Part shown: positions 37,571 to 52,727 of the stretch, piece after piece
Numbering within the stretch: the stretch's first letter is position 1
Layout: the number at the start of each line of letters is the position of its first letter
Assembly (NCBI RefSeq): GCF_044704955.1
Contig: NW_027252668.1
Span: forward strand, 5,828,001 to 5,892,000
Length of the DNA: 64,000 nt
Direction: 5' to 3'
Origin: Pristiophorus japonicus
Taxonomy: Eukaryota
Program-made: the position numbers and the translations under genes
The notes under the pieces: model-generated
What the model saw: only the letters and a program-made list of their open reading frames with translations
Told to the model about the DNA's origin: nothing
Database searches by the model: none

Positions 37571-37615
37571 GTTGTTGCACTTGGTGCGAAAGCTTAGAGC
37601 CCGGTCAGGGAGAGT

Positions 37616-38119
<504 letters not shown>

Positions 38120-38829
38120 TCACAGTCCGACCGCCAATCATGTTTCAATCAATCACCGAGAGCGAAAGGGAAGGGCGGGGATTACTGGGCCATGATTGAC
38201 TGAAATGAAACTGACAGGTCGTCAATTTCAAACAGGTCGTCAATTTCAAACAGCCCGCCAATTTCAGAGTCTCAACGAACAGAGATTAAAGAAACTCTAA
38301 TTTCCCGCCAGCAATTTAAGAATTCGGCTCTTTATAACCTCGATGGTGCCCCATTATAAATCACCAATCCCATTCTCTTTAACATTCCGGTTTTTAATTC
38401 TGTCCCATTCCCTGATGTGTCTGTAGCGGGCGGGAATAATTCCCCGGTCACTGCATCCTATAAACACAAAGTCCCGCATCCATCCCGCCAGTGCCGTCCC
38501 GTTTCACCGATTCTTACACAAAGCTCACAACATGACAGGATTATCTGTGAGGGGAGACTGTGTATCCCCGCCCGCTGATTGTGACCGGGACACCCGGAGT
38601 TTCTGATCTCATATTAAACTATTGTTCTCAAATATTTAATAATTCCCATATTCCGAAAGCGACTACACTGCAAAAGTACTTTATTGGCTTTGAGAAGTCC
38701 GATGGCCGTGTAAGGCGCTACATAACTCGGCGTGTTACTTTCCATTAAATAAATAACTAAAATAATTTCCCACCCAAATTGTCCACACACCCATCCTCAG
38801 GTCACTGCTCTCTCTGTGAAGCGGTGGGT

Positions 38830-38845
38830 GGCTCTTAAAAGAGCC
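38830..38845 (-). terminator. histone stem-loop (H4 unit 2)
   Basis: Reverse strand GGCTCTTTTAAGAGCC. Confidence 0.95.
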
Positions 38846-38879
38846 TTTGTGTTGTGCTGGGTGGAAAGGGTGGAGTTGT

Positions 38880-39200
<321 letters not shown>

Positions 39201-40025
39201 TCACTCAAACTGTCGCTGAATGAGGAAACAACTTCTCATGGCTCCTTTTTTATAGAGCCGACCCCGACCTGACTGAGAAAGCCCAGAGTGAGAGAGGCGG
39301 GAAGGGGAGGAGACAGAGTGAGAGATTAAACAGAGAGCGCGGCAGGGAAGGAGACAGAATCAAGATTGAGAGACAGAGCAGAGCGCCGCCTCTGATCTTC
39401 CAGCTCCACCTCCAGCTTTCTGCAACCGCCAATTTCAAATTGTTTTCTCCACAATACAACCGATACACAGCGCTCCGCACAAACCCTTACAGACTCGGAA
39501 TTCATATTCAAGGCTTCCAGGGACCAGAAGCTTTTAAATAAGGTCCCGGTACAATTAACAATGAGGAATATTCCCGCCTATATAGTCCGTTCCCTGTCAA
39601 TCTCAGACCTCATTCCATCTCCTCTCACAGACAGGTGCAGCACTTTACAAACACCTTATTCCAGCTGATTTGGAGAATCTGGAGTTTGGGGTTTAAGTTG
39701 TGAGGCGAGATATCGCCGCCAGTCCCATCGTCTCACAGAGACTCTTCGCCCTGAATCTGTGAAATGACAATGACCAGAACTGAGACTGGAGCCGGACTCA
39801 AACCCCAGTTACAGTGAGGCCCGGGCCGGACATCCCATTCTCTGTGTTTTATTGTAGGCACTGGGGGAGGGGTGGGTGCAGACACTGGGGGCGCGGTGGG
39901 GTGCAGCCAATGCCAACGAGTCACGAGGGATCCCGGGGTCATTTTCAATGATTTCTATCTGGAATCTGAGCCCGGGACAGGGATTATTTGATTCCGGGAT
40001 CAGCTCTTTTCTGAGAGGCGTGGGT

Positions 40026-40041
40026 GGCTCTGAGAAGAGCC
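40026..40041 (-). terminator. histone stem-loop (H1 unit 2)
   Basis: Reverse strand GGCTCTTCTCAGAGCC-ACCCA; HDE AAAAGAGCTG. Confidence 0.93.
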
Positions 40042-40075
40042 TTTGGGTTTAAATGTTTAGAAGTTGCCTTTTTAT

Positions 40076-40840
40076 TTACTTTTTGGGCGCTGCTTTCTTG
40101 GCCTTTGCTGATTTGGACGTGGCCTTGACCCTCGGGTTCTCCACCTTTTTGGCCGCCTTCACTTTCTTGAGGCTCTTTGGCTTCTTCACCGCCGCCTTCT
40201 TCCCAGCCGGCCCTTTCGCTGTCTTTTTTGCCGTTAGCGCCTTTTTGGTGCTCGTTTTCTTGGCTATTGCTTTCTTTACTGGAGATTTCTTGGCTGCTGC
40301 TTTCTTTGCTGGTAATTTCTTGGCTGCTGCTTTCTTTACTGGAGATTTCTTGGCTGCTGCTTTCTTTACTGGAGATTTCTTGGCTGCTGCTTTCTTTGCT
40401 GGTAATTTCTTGGCTGCTGCTTTCTTTACTGGAGATTTCTTGGCTGCTGCTTTCTTTGCTGGAGATTTCTTGGCTGCTGGCTTCTTCACCTTCTTTCCCA
40501 CTTTCCCCTGGGGATCTGTATTAGCGACTTTGAATGAGCCCGAGGCGCCCGTGCCCTTGATCTGCTTCAGGGAACCATTCATCACATTCTTCTTGATACT
40601 GGACCTAATCTGGAAGCCGCGCTTCTCCACATCGACGCCATTGGCCGCCAGAGCCTTCTTTATCGCGGCCAGGGACATTCCCCTGCGATCCTTGCCATCA
40701 GCCACAACCTTGAGGATCTGGTCGCGCAACTTGGGACCGGCTGGCCCGGAGCGGGGAGCCGCCTTCTTCTTCTTGCTGGGAGCCTTGGTTTGAGCGACGG
40801 CGGCAAGAGGAGCCGTTTCGGCGGCTGCAGTATCAGTCAT
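40076..40840 (-). CDS. H1: histone H1 (unit 2, intact, 254 aa)
   Basis: Globular domain [28 protein letters not shown]; K/A/P-rich tail with seven 10-aa repeats. Confidence 0.95.
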   Translation of the reverse strand: MTDTAAAETAPLAAVAQTKAPSKKKKAAPRSGPAGPKLRDQILKVVADGKDRRGMSLAAIKKALAANGVDVEKRGFQIRSSIKKNVMNGSLKQIKGTGASGSFKVANTDPQGKVGKKVKKPAAKKSPAKKAAAKKSPVKKAAAKKLPAKKAAAKKSPVKKAAAKKSPVKKAAAKKLPAKKAAAKKSPVKKAIAKKTSTKKALTAKKTAKGPAGKKAAVKKPKSLKKVKAAKKVENPRVKATSKSAKAKKAAPKK

Positions 40841-42394
40841 GTCCGCGACTCTGGAAAATCTCTGACAGTCAGAGCTGGGTCAGAAATGAAACGAGAGGCG
40901 GCGACACAGAGCAACTTAAAGGCAGCGAGCGGACGGGGTGGAGACATCCTGCTGTCAGCTCCCGGTCCCTCCAGCCTCTCTGTGTTTCTCTCTCCTCACT
41001 AACTCTCCGATTCGAATTCAACTCGGGCCCTCCACATTCCCAGACTGGCCTCTTTCTGTCCCGAAGACCGGGATGTTTGCTGCCGAGAAAGTTCCATCCG
41101 AATTGAAGGCAGTAATTTCGATTTAAACCCGTTTCATTGCTGCACTGGTCGCGCTCTCTCAGCCGATCGCGGATATTTTCTCTGTTTTTTGACTGAAATT
41201 TGAAACCAAATCAAACTTTCTGATTCAGTCCCACTTCAGGCCTGAGCAGGGCAGCAGGGCGATCCTGTGACGGGGAAATCTTTGAATTTTACACAAGAGG
41301 GACTCTGAAATCCGGCGATGAGAGCGGACACACAAACACAGTAACATTAGTCTAACCCGCCCGCCCCTTTAACACACTCTCGCTCACACAATGTTGAAAT
41401 CTGCACATTCACAGCACAAACTGTTCCCAGATTTACAGTTCCCAGCACAGGTTTTCCTCTCCGCTCGGCTGTGCTGCCGATTCTCGGGTCAGTTGTCGTT
41501 TCCCAGCTCAGTAAGTGTTAAACACTCTGAGGCCGGCGCTCCTCACAGTGTCTGTTCCCAGATTCAGGGGCAGGAGCCAATCACAGCTGTGGCTGGCTTA
41601 ACCCATATCTGCTTTTAAGTTGTTATTGTTCTAATGCCGAAATATGTTTGACTAACATGAAAATACAAATTATGAGCTCACCGCCCCTGCAGCCTCTCTT
41701 TGTCTCTCTCTTCTCAGAAAATGAGGGAGATGGAACAGTTACTGGTGCCCGATCCATCCCATACTCAACACCCAGAGATGGCTATCAGAGAGAGCGACAG
41801 ACAGACACAGAATCAATCTTAAACTACCGAACTGTGTCTCCATATTACTCTCAATAATATTATCACACATTAATGTACAGCACCAGCGGAAAAGACACAG
41901 AGACAGATACAGTATCAGTTTTACACTTTGTATCAGTGTCTCCATAATACGCTCAGTAACAATGCCACACCTTCACGTATTGCACCAGAGAGAACAGAGA
42001 CATTATCAGTCTTGCACTTCCAACACTGTTTCCACATCACGCTAAATAACAGTATCCCGCCTTCACAAAAAGTACAAGAGAGAGGGATAGCAACAGAGAG
42101 GCAGAGAGAGGGGAGACGGCTGAGCGAGAGACAGAAGAGTGCGAGGTAGGGCGGTGAGACACAGAAGACATGCACAGTATTAGTTCCAGACTGACCTGTG
42201 AAGTCCCGTTTTATTCTGAAAGTTCCCATTGGAGAGACAGAAGATGCAGTCTCCTCTCTCACTGATATTGTACCAGAGACAGACACATTATTAATCCCAC
42301 ACTGCGGGACAGTGTCAGAGAGTGAGAGAAACAATGTCCCACATTTATCACTCGCTTGCCTGTTGAACTATCTGCAATCGTGCAGCCCAGCGCC

Positions 42395-44170
42395 ATAAGA
42401 ACATAACAAATCGGAACAGGAGTAGGCCATTTAGCTCCTCGAGCCTGCTCTGCCATTCAATAAGATCACGGCTGATCTGATCATGGACTCAGCTCCACTT
42501 CCCTGCTCCCTCCCCATAACCATTTACTCCCTTATCAATCAAAAATCTGTCTATCTCCGCCTTAAATATATTCAATGACACAGCCTTCACAGTTGTCTGG
42601 GGCAGATAATTCCATAGATCTACAACCCTCTGAGAGAAGAAATTCCTCTTCATCCCAATTTTAAATGGGCGGCCCCTTATTTTAAGACTATGTAACCTAG
42701 TTTTAGTTGCCCCATGTGGAAATATCCTCTCTGCATCCACCTTGTCAAGCCCCCTTATTATTTTATAAGTTTCAATAAGATCACCTCTCATTCTTCTGAT
42801 CTCCAATGTGTACAGATCCAACCTACTCAAACCTATCCTCATAACTCAACCCCCTCATCTCCGGAATCAACCGAGTGAACCTTCTCTGAACAGCCTCCAA
42901 TGTAAGTATATCCTTCCTTAAATATGTAGACCAAAACTGTACACGGTACTCCAGGTGTGGCATTACCAATACCCTGTACAGCAGGACTTCTCTGCTTTTA
43001 GACTCTATCCTTCTTGCAATAAAGGCCAACATTCCATTTGACTTCCTGATTACTTGCTGTACCTGCATACAAACTTTTTGTGTTTCATGTACAAGGACCC
43101 CCAGGGCTCTCTACTGCTGCATGTTGCAATTTTTCTCCATTTAAATGATAATTTTCTTTTCTATTATTTCTGCCAAAATGGATAACCTCTAATTTTCCCA
43201 CATTATACTCCATTTGGAAGTGAACCTGAGTCTATGAGCGGATCAGCCATGATTGTATTAAATGGCGGAGCAGGCTCAAGGGGCCATATGACCTACTCCT
43301 GCTCCTGTTTCTTATGTTCTTATATTCTTATCTGCCAAATGTTTGCACACTCACTTAACCTGTCGAGATCCCTTTGCATATGTACTGTGTCCTCATCACA
43401 ATTTGCTTTCCCACCCATCTTTGTATCATCAGCAAACTTGGCTAAATTAAACTCGGCCAGTTCATCCAAGTCATTAATATTGATTGTAAATAGTTGAGGA
43501 CCCAGCACCGATCCCTGTGGCACCCCACTCATCACTGTTTGCCAACCATAAAATGACCCATTTATCCTGACTCTCTGTTTTCTGTTAGTTAGCCAATTCT
43601 CTATCCATGCTAATATATTGCTCCCAATCCCATGAGCTTTTATCTTGTGTAGTAACCACTTATGTGGCACCTTATCAAATGCCTGCTGGAAATCCAAATA
43701 CACCACTTCCACAGTTTGCCCCTTATCTACCGTGCTTGTTATATCCTCAATGACCTCCAGCAAATGATTTCCCTTTCATAAAACCATGCTGACTCTGTTT
43801 GATTCAATCATGCTTTTCCAAATGTCCTGTTACTGCTTCCTTAATAATGGACTCCAGCATTTTCACAACAACAGATGTTCGGCTAACTGGTCTATAGTTT
43901 CCTGCTTTTTGTTTGCCTCCTTTTTTGAACATTTGCAATTTTCCAATCTGCTAGGACCTCCCCAGAATCCAGGGAATTTTGGTCGATTACAAACAATGCA
44001 TCCACTATCTCTACAGCCACATTTCTTAAGACCACAGGATGTAAGCCATCAGGTCCAAGGGACCTGTCCGCCTTTAGTCCCATTATTTTACCGAGTACTA
44101 CTTCATTAGTGATAGTGATTGTAATAAGTTCCTCCCTACCTATAACCTCTTGATTGTGCACTTCGATATT
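42395..44170 (-). mobile_element. CR1-type LINE, homolog of 9723-11510
   Basis: Same breakpoints and same nested insert. Confidence 0.92.
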
Positions 44171-46849
44171 ACTCACAGTGAGAGTGTTTAAACTAATCTC
44201 GGACTGTTTCTGTCAGATATTAACTCCTGCACGGTCCCAGCAAACACTCCCACTCCCTCGTCCCTCCGATGTTTCTGCAGGATTGCTTTGTGAAGACGGG
44301 CTCATGGAGAGAGAAACACTCTGCACGGAATGATCCCAAATTGAGCATCTCCAAGGGACAAGGCTCCCAGCTTTAATCATTATCTGTCCTTTCCCCCCAG
44401 GCCCAGTTCCTTTGTCAGATTCTGATAAAAGTAAATTGGGAAAGGTGCACATTGATTTTTACAGGCTGAATTATTGCAGAGAGCTACGCATGCGCGGCTC
44501 AGCCCCGCCCCCTGTGTCGATTCCCAGTGAGCAGAAGAGCGCATGCGCCCTCCCCTCCCCCAGTCCTGCCTGTGATCGCCATTCACTCAGTGAGCGGAAG
44601 AAGATGGTTTCAAACAGCCGGGAATGGAGAGCCCGCGGCTTTGGGGTAAGGCAGCGAGCAGCAGCCTCCTTACAGCAGCGCAGCGCTTTGGGAGCGTGTC
44701 CGCAGATGGGCTCAGAGACCGGCACTGAGTCCGGGGGGAGTCGGGGTCTGTGTGTAAGGGGCGGTGTGGAGCAAGAACCAGTGTCAGTGCGTGGTGTGAG
44801 TGGGGAGATGGAGAGGCCATTCTCGTGCTGTGTGTGGACAGTGTGTGTCCAGGGGGAAGGGAGACAGAATGGGCAGAATCTGCTGTTTACAATCATTGCT
44901 GCTTTCTCTCTCCTAACCAGGAGTGAACGATCCTGGTTTAGTTCCGTCGGGGGCTGTTTGTTTGTCAGAGGCAGAGTGGAGCAGGAACTAGTTCCGGAAC
45001 ATGGAGTGAGTGGGGGAAGGGAGAAGCCATTCTCGGGCTGTGTGTGGACAGTCTCTTACTTTCGACTTGAGGATAAAATGGTCCTCTGATGACTCTGGTT
45101 GTAAGCAGTTCTTACAGTAGCATCTCATGGTTCTCCGCAGGCCGTTGCACATGAACCAATGAACGTTACTTGGTAGAGTTTGCTTGACGGCTCCTGCATA
45201 AGGATGCAATCGTTTGCACTTCAGTCCCCCGCTCCTGATCTTTGGGCCCCCTGTGCGGAGGGGAGCGGGCAGATCGGAAGGCCTCCTCGTAGGACTGCTC
45301 CTGGGCATGGCCAAGGTAGCCATTAACCAGTCCAGGCCACGGGCGGTCGAGGGGGTGTTCAGCCCGACTGCCTGCCTCTCTTCCACGGTTATGTTCGTGC
45401 CAGAGTGTCCCTGGAGATGGAGCATGCGGTGTTCACCGGTACGATCGTGGCCTTCTGTGAGAGATGGGCGCCAGAGGGACTGGAGTGCATCATCACCCCC
45501 AGGAACCAAATTTTAATTTGATCCATTTAATGCCAAAGTTAAATTTGTCTGTTTTAATGCTCCTTTAATAAGGGGTCACTTGATTTATTGTTCTACTAAA
45601 GTAGTTGTGTATACAGTGTGGGGTAACAGTGAAAGTAAATCACCTCGCTCTTTCAAATCATTGCTGCTTTCTTTCCCCAAATCAGTAGTGAATGTTCCTG
45701 ATTCAGTCCCAATCTCACCGTGTCTGTTGTTCTTCGACAGTGAACAGTGGAAACACACCCTGACGGTGAGGATGTGAGGAGTTTCACAAAGTGTATCTAT
45801 TGCAGGCACCAGGTGAGGAGTGTGGAGAAGACATTTCAAGCATCGGTTATTTTGTTTTGGTGCATTGAGTTGTCCAGAACCGTGTTGCTGGTGATCGAGA
45901 GCCTGTCGCTCCCTCAGATACATCAGGATCCGGGCCCTGTGACATTCTGTTAACTACACAGGCCCTCAACTCGGTTTCAATAGACTGAAAACAATTGTTG
46001 TACAGCCCAGGTACTATAGTTATATTCCAGGAAGAGATTCAGAATTTTACAAGTAGTCCCATGGGAGTGGGAGATATAAACCTGAACTGTTCCAATCGGG
46101 TGGTCCTATTCATGGACCAGTGCTGTTTGTATCGTGGTTTCCCCTCTCCAGATACTTTACTTTATTATAAACAAACATGTTAATTATAACTTTACTTTTT
46201 ATAGTCTCCCACTCACCTGTCCATATCATAACTAATAATGTTCTCGTATTATTATTCTCTGAGAGAAGTACTTCACTGAGCCTGAATAAATGTGATCTTT
46301 CCTCCACCCGGAACACAAGGAACAGTGCTGTCAGCTCCTTCTCACTCACAGTAAGTATATTATCACTTACAGAGCGCAGACACAAAACTGGTCTCAATCC
46401 TATTGTCATAGGCAGCAGAAGCTGTCAGTCCCACAGTGATCCGAATTTCCAGAGTTACATTATTAATCCCACAGTCACTTGGAGCAGTACAATAAGATGT
46501 TGTTTCAAAGTCCAAACATATCGCACTGAGAGACAGATCCATTTTCATTCACTTACTCACAAACACAGGAACAGATAGACACTGACACAGTGTCAATCCA
46601 CACTGCTGGCACACACGGACTTTCAACCAGTGTAGGCAGCTCCTTCCCACACACAGTAAGTACATTATCACTCACAGAGCGCAGAGATACAGAACTGGCC
46701 TCAATCCTATTATCACAGGCAGCAGAAGCAGTCAGTCCCACAGTAATCCACAGTACAAGAGTTACATTGTGAATCTTACAAGGAGCAGTAGAATCAGACG
46801 CTGTTTCACCATTGAAACAGATCAAACTAACATGTAGATTAAACACCCG

Positions 46850-48340
46850 CACTCACTTGCCAGAAACTGGCAGGTAGAGAATAAAACACACAATCACATA
46901 CCTTAATATATAAGTTAGAAAGTAAAAACCATACTCTCATAGCAGAAGCTGACGGGTACAGAGCAAAAGCAATAATCACGTATCAGGAAAGGAGAGATTC
47001 AGTATTAAGCCATCTCGAATATACCAGAAAATGACAGGTGCAGAATAAAACCCACACTCCCGTACCATAGGCTGACAGATACAATCTACAACCCACACCC
47101 ACATAGATGAAAGTGACACGCACAGAGTAAACTCCACACCAGAGAGTGACAGGTAGAGTGTAAATCCCAGAGTCACATGTCAGAAAACAGAGGTAAAAAG
47201 TAAAACTGATACTTGCATTGCAGAATCTGACAGTTTCTGAGCTAAAGACATATTGCCATCTCATAAACTGGCAGATGCAGAGTGAAACCCACACACACCT
47301 ATCAGAAAGGTAAAACCTTTACTCACATATCAGACAAATTCAGGTAGAACATAAAACAGATATTCACGTTCACATACCAGAGACGGGCAGATGCAGAGTA
47401 AATCCCCGCGCATGTAGCAGGAACTGACAGGTACAGTCTAAAACATACACCCAAATTGCAGGAGCTAATAGGTGCTGATTAAACCCAGACTAACACACCA
47501 GAAACTGAGAGGCACAGATTAAACCCCCACACACATACCTAAATCTGACAGTTACAGAAATATACACAGACTCGCATATGAGAGACACATACAGTATAAA
47601 GCCCATATTCATGTATCATACATAAAAGCTGACAGTTACAAGTTAAACTACCATTCATAAGCCAGAAACTGACGGGTACAGATTAAACCAACACTCACAT
47701 ATCAGAAACTGACAGGTTCAGAATAAAATCCACAATCACATACCAGAAACTGACCAGTACAGATTAAAACAATACTCATATACCAGAAACTGACAAGTAC
47801 AGATCATAACGCACATTCACATACAATAGACTGATAAGTACAGAATAAAACACACCCTCATATATCAGAAACTGACTAGCAGAGATTAAGCACCACACTC
47901 ATCTATTGAATCTCACATATCAGAAACTGACAGGTAAAATAAAACCTACACTTAGATACTGACAGATACAGAGTAAATGCCACATTCGTGTTCTAGCGAA
48001 AGATACATACAGTGTAAATTACTAACCCACTAACTTGAAATTAACAGTTGCAGAATAAGTACCCAATCCCAGAAAGTGACATGTACAAAGTAAAACCCAC
48101 ACTCACCTAACAGATACTGACAGGTAGAAGAAAGACCATCCTCACTTCCCAGTTATTGACTGGAACAGGGTTATAACGTCTCGCCCACACCTGAAACTGG
48201 CAGATACAAAGGAAAAGCAACTTCCAATTAAGCAGAAACTGGCAGTTAAAGGGTAGGACACTCACTAACATATCAGAAAATAACAAGGAAAGAATAAAAC
48301 CCAGACTCCCATAACAGATACAGAGAAAAGCATATATGCA
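46850..48340. repeat. degenerate satellite variant B
   Basis: Homolog of 13965-14900 and 18498-18950. Confidence 0.8.
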
Positions 48341-49182
48341 CATACCAGAGACAGACAGATACAGTGTGAACTCACACTCACATACCAGAGACAGATAGAT
48401 ACAGAATGAACTCACACTCACAGACCAGAGACAGATAGATACAGAATGAAACTCACACTCACACCAGAGACAGATAGGTACAGAATGAACTCACACTCAC
48501 ATACCAGAGACAGATAGATACAGAGTGAACTCACACTCACATACCAGAGACAGATAGATACAGAGTGAACTCACACTCACATACCAGAGACACAAAGATA
48601 CAGAGTGAAACTCACACTCACATACCGGAGACAGATAGGTACAGAATGAACTCACATTCACATACCAGAGACAGATAGATACAGAGTGAACTCACACTCA
48701 CAAACCAGAGACAGATAAATACAGATTGAAAGTCACACTCACATACCAGAGACAGATAGATACAGAATGAACTCGCACTCACATACCAGAGACAGATAGA
48801 TACAGAGTGAACTCACACTCACAAACCAGGGACAGATAGATACAGTGTGAACTAACACTCACATACCAGAGACAGATAGGTAGAGATTGAACTCACACTC
48901 ACATACCAGAGACAAATAGGTACAGAATGAACTCACATTCACATACCAGAGACAGATAGGTACAGTGTGAACTCACACTCACATACCAGAGACAGATAGA
49001 TACAGTGTGAACTCACACTCACATATCAGAGACAGATAGATACAGTGTGAACTCACACTCACATACCAGAGACAGATAGATACAGTGTGAACTCACACTC
49101 ACATACCAGAGACAGATAGCTACAATGTGAACTCCCTCTCACATACCAGAGACAGATAGGTGCGGAACGAACTCACACTCAT
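48340..49182. repeat. 40-bp satellite, variant D (ACAGAGTGAACTCACACTCACATACCAGAGACAGATAGAT), ~21 copies
   Basis: Period 40 (48481, 48521, 48561); only ~4 copies in unit 1. Confidence 0.92.
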
Positions 49183-49220
49183 ATAAGAACATAAGCAATC
49201 GGAGCAGGAGTTGGACATTT

Positions 49221-50525
49221 GAGGAACAGGATAAAGCTTCATTTGGAAAGACAGGGATTAATCAAGGACAGTCAGCATGGATTTGTTAAGGGAAGGTCAT
49301 GTCTGACTAACTTGATTGAATTTTTCGAGGAGCTAACCAGGAGGATCGATGAGGGCAGTGCATGTGATGTAGTGTATATGGATTTTAGCAAAGCTTTTGA
49401 TAAGGTCCAACATGGCCAACTGGTCACGAAAGTAAAAGCCGATGGGATCCAGGGCAAAGTGGCCAGTTGGATCCAAAATTGGCTGAGGCAGAAAGCAAAG
49501 GGTAATGGTTGATAGGTGTTTTTGTGACTGGAAGGATGTATCCAGTGGGGTTCCGCAGGGCTCAGTGCTGGGTCCCTTGCTTTTTGTGGTATATATCAAT
49601 GACTTGGACTGGAATGTTGTGGGTATGATTAGGAAGTTTACAGCTGACAGTAAAATAGGCTGTGTGGTTGATAATGAAGAAGAAAGCTGTGGATTGCAGG
49701 AAGATATCAATGTACTGGTCAGGTGGGTGGAACAGTGCCAAATGGATTCAATCCAGAGAGGTGTGAGGTCATGCATTTGGGGAGGGCTAACAAGGCAAGG
49801 GAATACACATTAAATGGTACGACACTGAAAAGTGTAGAGGAACAAAGGGACCTTAGAATACATGTCCACGGATCCCTGAAGATAGCAGACCAGGTAGATA
49901 AGGTGGTTAAGAAGGCATGTGGAATATTTGCTTTATTAGTCGAGGTATAGAATACAAGAGCCAAGGAGGTTGTGCTTGAACTGTATAAAACACTGGTTAG
50001 GCCACAGCTGGAGTACTGTGTGTAGTCCTGGTCACCACATTACAGTAAGGTGTGATGGCACTGGAAAGGGTGCAGAGGAGATTTACAAGAATGTTGCCTG
50101 GACTGGAGAATATTGGTAATGAGGAAAGATTGGAGAGAGGAGGCTGAGGAGAGACCTGATTGAGGTGTAGAAAATTATGAGGGTTCTGGATAGAGTGGAA
50201 AGGAAGGACTTGTTTCCCTTGGCAGAGGGGTCGACAACCAGAGAACATAGATTTAATGTAATTGGGGGGATGTTTAGAGGAGATACGAGGGGAAATGTCT
50301 TCACCCAGCGAGTAGTGGGGGTCTGGAACACACTGCCCGAAAGGGTGGTAGAGGCAGAAACCCTCACGACATTTAATACTTGGATGTGCACTTAAAGTGC
50401 CGTAACCTTCAGGGCTACGGACCAAGAGCTGGAAAATGGGATTAGGCAGGATAGCTCTTGGTCGGCCGGCGCGGACGCAATGGGCCAAAATGGCCTCCTT
50501 CCATGCTGTAAATTTCTATGATTTG
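49221..50525 (+). mobile_element. CR1-type LINE without the ERV (pre-integration allele)
   Basis: GCATGTGATGTAGTGTATATG is contiguous at 49360-49380. Confidence 0.92.
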
Positions 50526-51794
50526 CCCCTCAAGCCTGCTCCGCCATTGAATTAGATCATGGCTGATCTTCTACCTCAACTCCCGTTGCCCGCACTATCC
50601 CCATATCCCTTGGTTCCCTTAATATCAAACAAAATGTCAATCTCAGTCTTGAATACACTCATTACCTGAGCATCCACATCTCTCTGGGGTAGAGCATTCC
50701 AAAGATTCACAACCCTCTCAGTGAAGACATTTCTCCTCATCTAAGATCTAAATGGCCGAGCCCTTATTGTGAGTCTAACACTCCTAGTTCTGGACTGTCC
50801 ATCCAGTGGAAGCAGCCTCTCAGCATTTACCCTGTCAATCCCCCCAGGGTCTTATATGTTTCAATAAGATCACCTCTCATTCTTCTCATCTCCAAGTGTA
50901 TAGACCCACACCTTTCACCTTCCTAAGTGCTTGCTGTACCAACATGTTAACTTTCAATGTTTTGCGTACAATGGCACTCAAGTCCCCCTGAATTTCAACA
51001 TTTACTAATCTCTCAGGTTTTAAACAATATTTTCGTTTTCTATTCATATAAAGTAAAACCTCCACTCATACCAGAAACTGGCAGATACAGAGGAATACCC
51101 ACACTCGCGTACCAGAAAATGAGAGTTACAGAATAAAACCCACAAATGTAATTCCAGAGACAGACAGGTACAGAGTAAAACCCACATTCTCATTTCAGAC
51201 ACTGACAGGTACATAATAAAACCCACATTCACAGATCAGAAAGAGAAGATACTGAAAAAAAAAATAACACACACAAAGCAGGGACTGACGGATAAAGACT
51301 AAAACCCACACTCACGTAAACCCCTCTCTTCCACAGCAGAAATTGACAGGTAGAAAGGAAAACCCACACTCATGTAGTGGTAAATGAATGGTACAGAGTA
51401 AAACTCACTCACACATCAGAAACTGACAGGTACAGAGTGGAACCCACATTCACAAACTAGAAAGTGACAGTTACAGCATAAAACCCGCTCTCACTTTTCA
51501 CAACCTGACAGTTGGAGTAAAACACAGATTCGCATATCAGAAACTGACAGGTAGATTAAGACCCACATTCGCAAACAGAAACTGATAGATACAGTGTAAG
51601 CCACACACCCACTTCGCTGAAATCAGCTGGTACATAATAAAATGCGCACTCACACACCAGAACTGGTGCAGAGTGAAACTCACTCACATACCAGAGACAG
51701 ATAGATACAGAGTGAAACTCACACACTCTGTGTTGTATCATTATTTTATAAAAGGACGATAGCAGAATGAATAAATCGACTAAATTAACACTGT

Positions 51795-51938
51795 GGTTTC
51801 CTCTTAAAAGAGCTGTTGATTTTTTAATGCTTTTTCCTGTGTTGTGAATTTATTTGCAATGGTCACCGCCTTTGTCCCATTCCGACACGGCGTGCTTGGC
51901 CAGCTCCCCGGGCAGCACCAGACTCACAGCGGTCTGGG
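51795..51938 (-). pseudogene. H2B 3' relic (unit 2)
   Basis: [19 protein letters not shown]. Confidence 0.85.
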
Positions 51939-51977
51939 TGTGTACACAATCCACAACAGCCAAACTATTGGAGGTTG

Positions 51978-52010
51978 GTGCCATCTCCTGGCTGCCAGCC
52001 AGTAGTGCAA
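51978..52010 (-). promoter_or_regulatory. CTCF-like site (unit 2)
   Basis: Identical to 26908-26940. Confidence 0.55.
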
Positions 52011-52170
52011 CAAGATAACCATTCATCAGTAACTGTTTTAAGCTGGAGACAAATAACCTGAACACCTTGTTTACGTTCAGATTACAATGATTGCAGTTAG
52101 TCCTGACTAAAGCTCCAAAGACCCATGGTGAGTGGTCTGTCAATACAGAGGTTTACATGTTAAACTTAGT

Positions 52171-52242
52171 GTGATGGTGCTATAGTGCTGAGCATAGCTG
52201 CCTTCCCAGGGGTTGACTCAGGTTTCATTCTCGGCCAGCACA
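52171..52242 (+). pseudogene. tRNA-Gly-derived pseudogene (unit 2)
   Basis: Homolog of 27101-27172. Confidence 0.7.
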
Positions 52243-52655
52243 AACAGGCTCCATTTAATACAGTTTATGTCACCATGTCGCAGTTTAGAACCGAACACGA
52301 GTGCCTTCCAGCAAATGCTATTTCTCTAACATTTACAAAGCACATTCATCATCCATTTATTTATCACATAAAATTGAGGTTTCATTTATTTTTGGTGACA
52401 ACTATTGTTTAATCTAGAGGGGACTGAAGAAAAAATAACTGGGGTGAGGACTCAGTCCAGATTTTAAACTAATAAATGGGGTGAGGGCTTGGTCCAAGCA
52501 AGATTACTATTGACAGTGACCATTTGTAATTGGAGGGAAGGTGTCCCAGCACCGTGCTTACATTCTGATTAAAATGATTGCTCAGCAATTTATTTGTCCC
52601 GCTGAAGACCCGTAAGAAGCAGTTTGTCTGCAAATACAAAATGACTGATGTGTGG

Positions 52656-52727
52656 GCGATGGTGATATAGTGCTGAGCATAGCTACCTTTCAAGCAGTTG
52701 ACCCGGGTTCGATTCTTGGCCATCTCA
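52656..52727 (+). pseudogene. tRNA-Gly-body pseudogene with TTC anticodon (unit 2)
   Basis: Homolog of 29514-29585 with canonical B box GGTTCGATTC but mismatches in acceptor and anticodon stems. Confidence 0.65.

Noticed and set aside
40053-40793. 246-aa hydrophobic ORF and other ORFs antisense to histone genes
   Set aside because: Shadow frames of codon-biased or repetitive histone CDS
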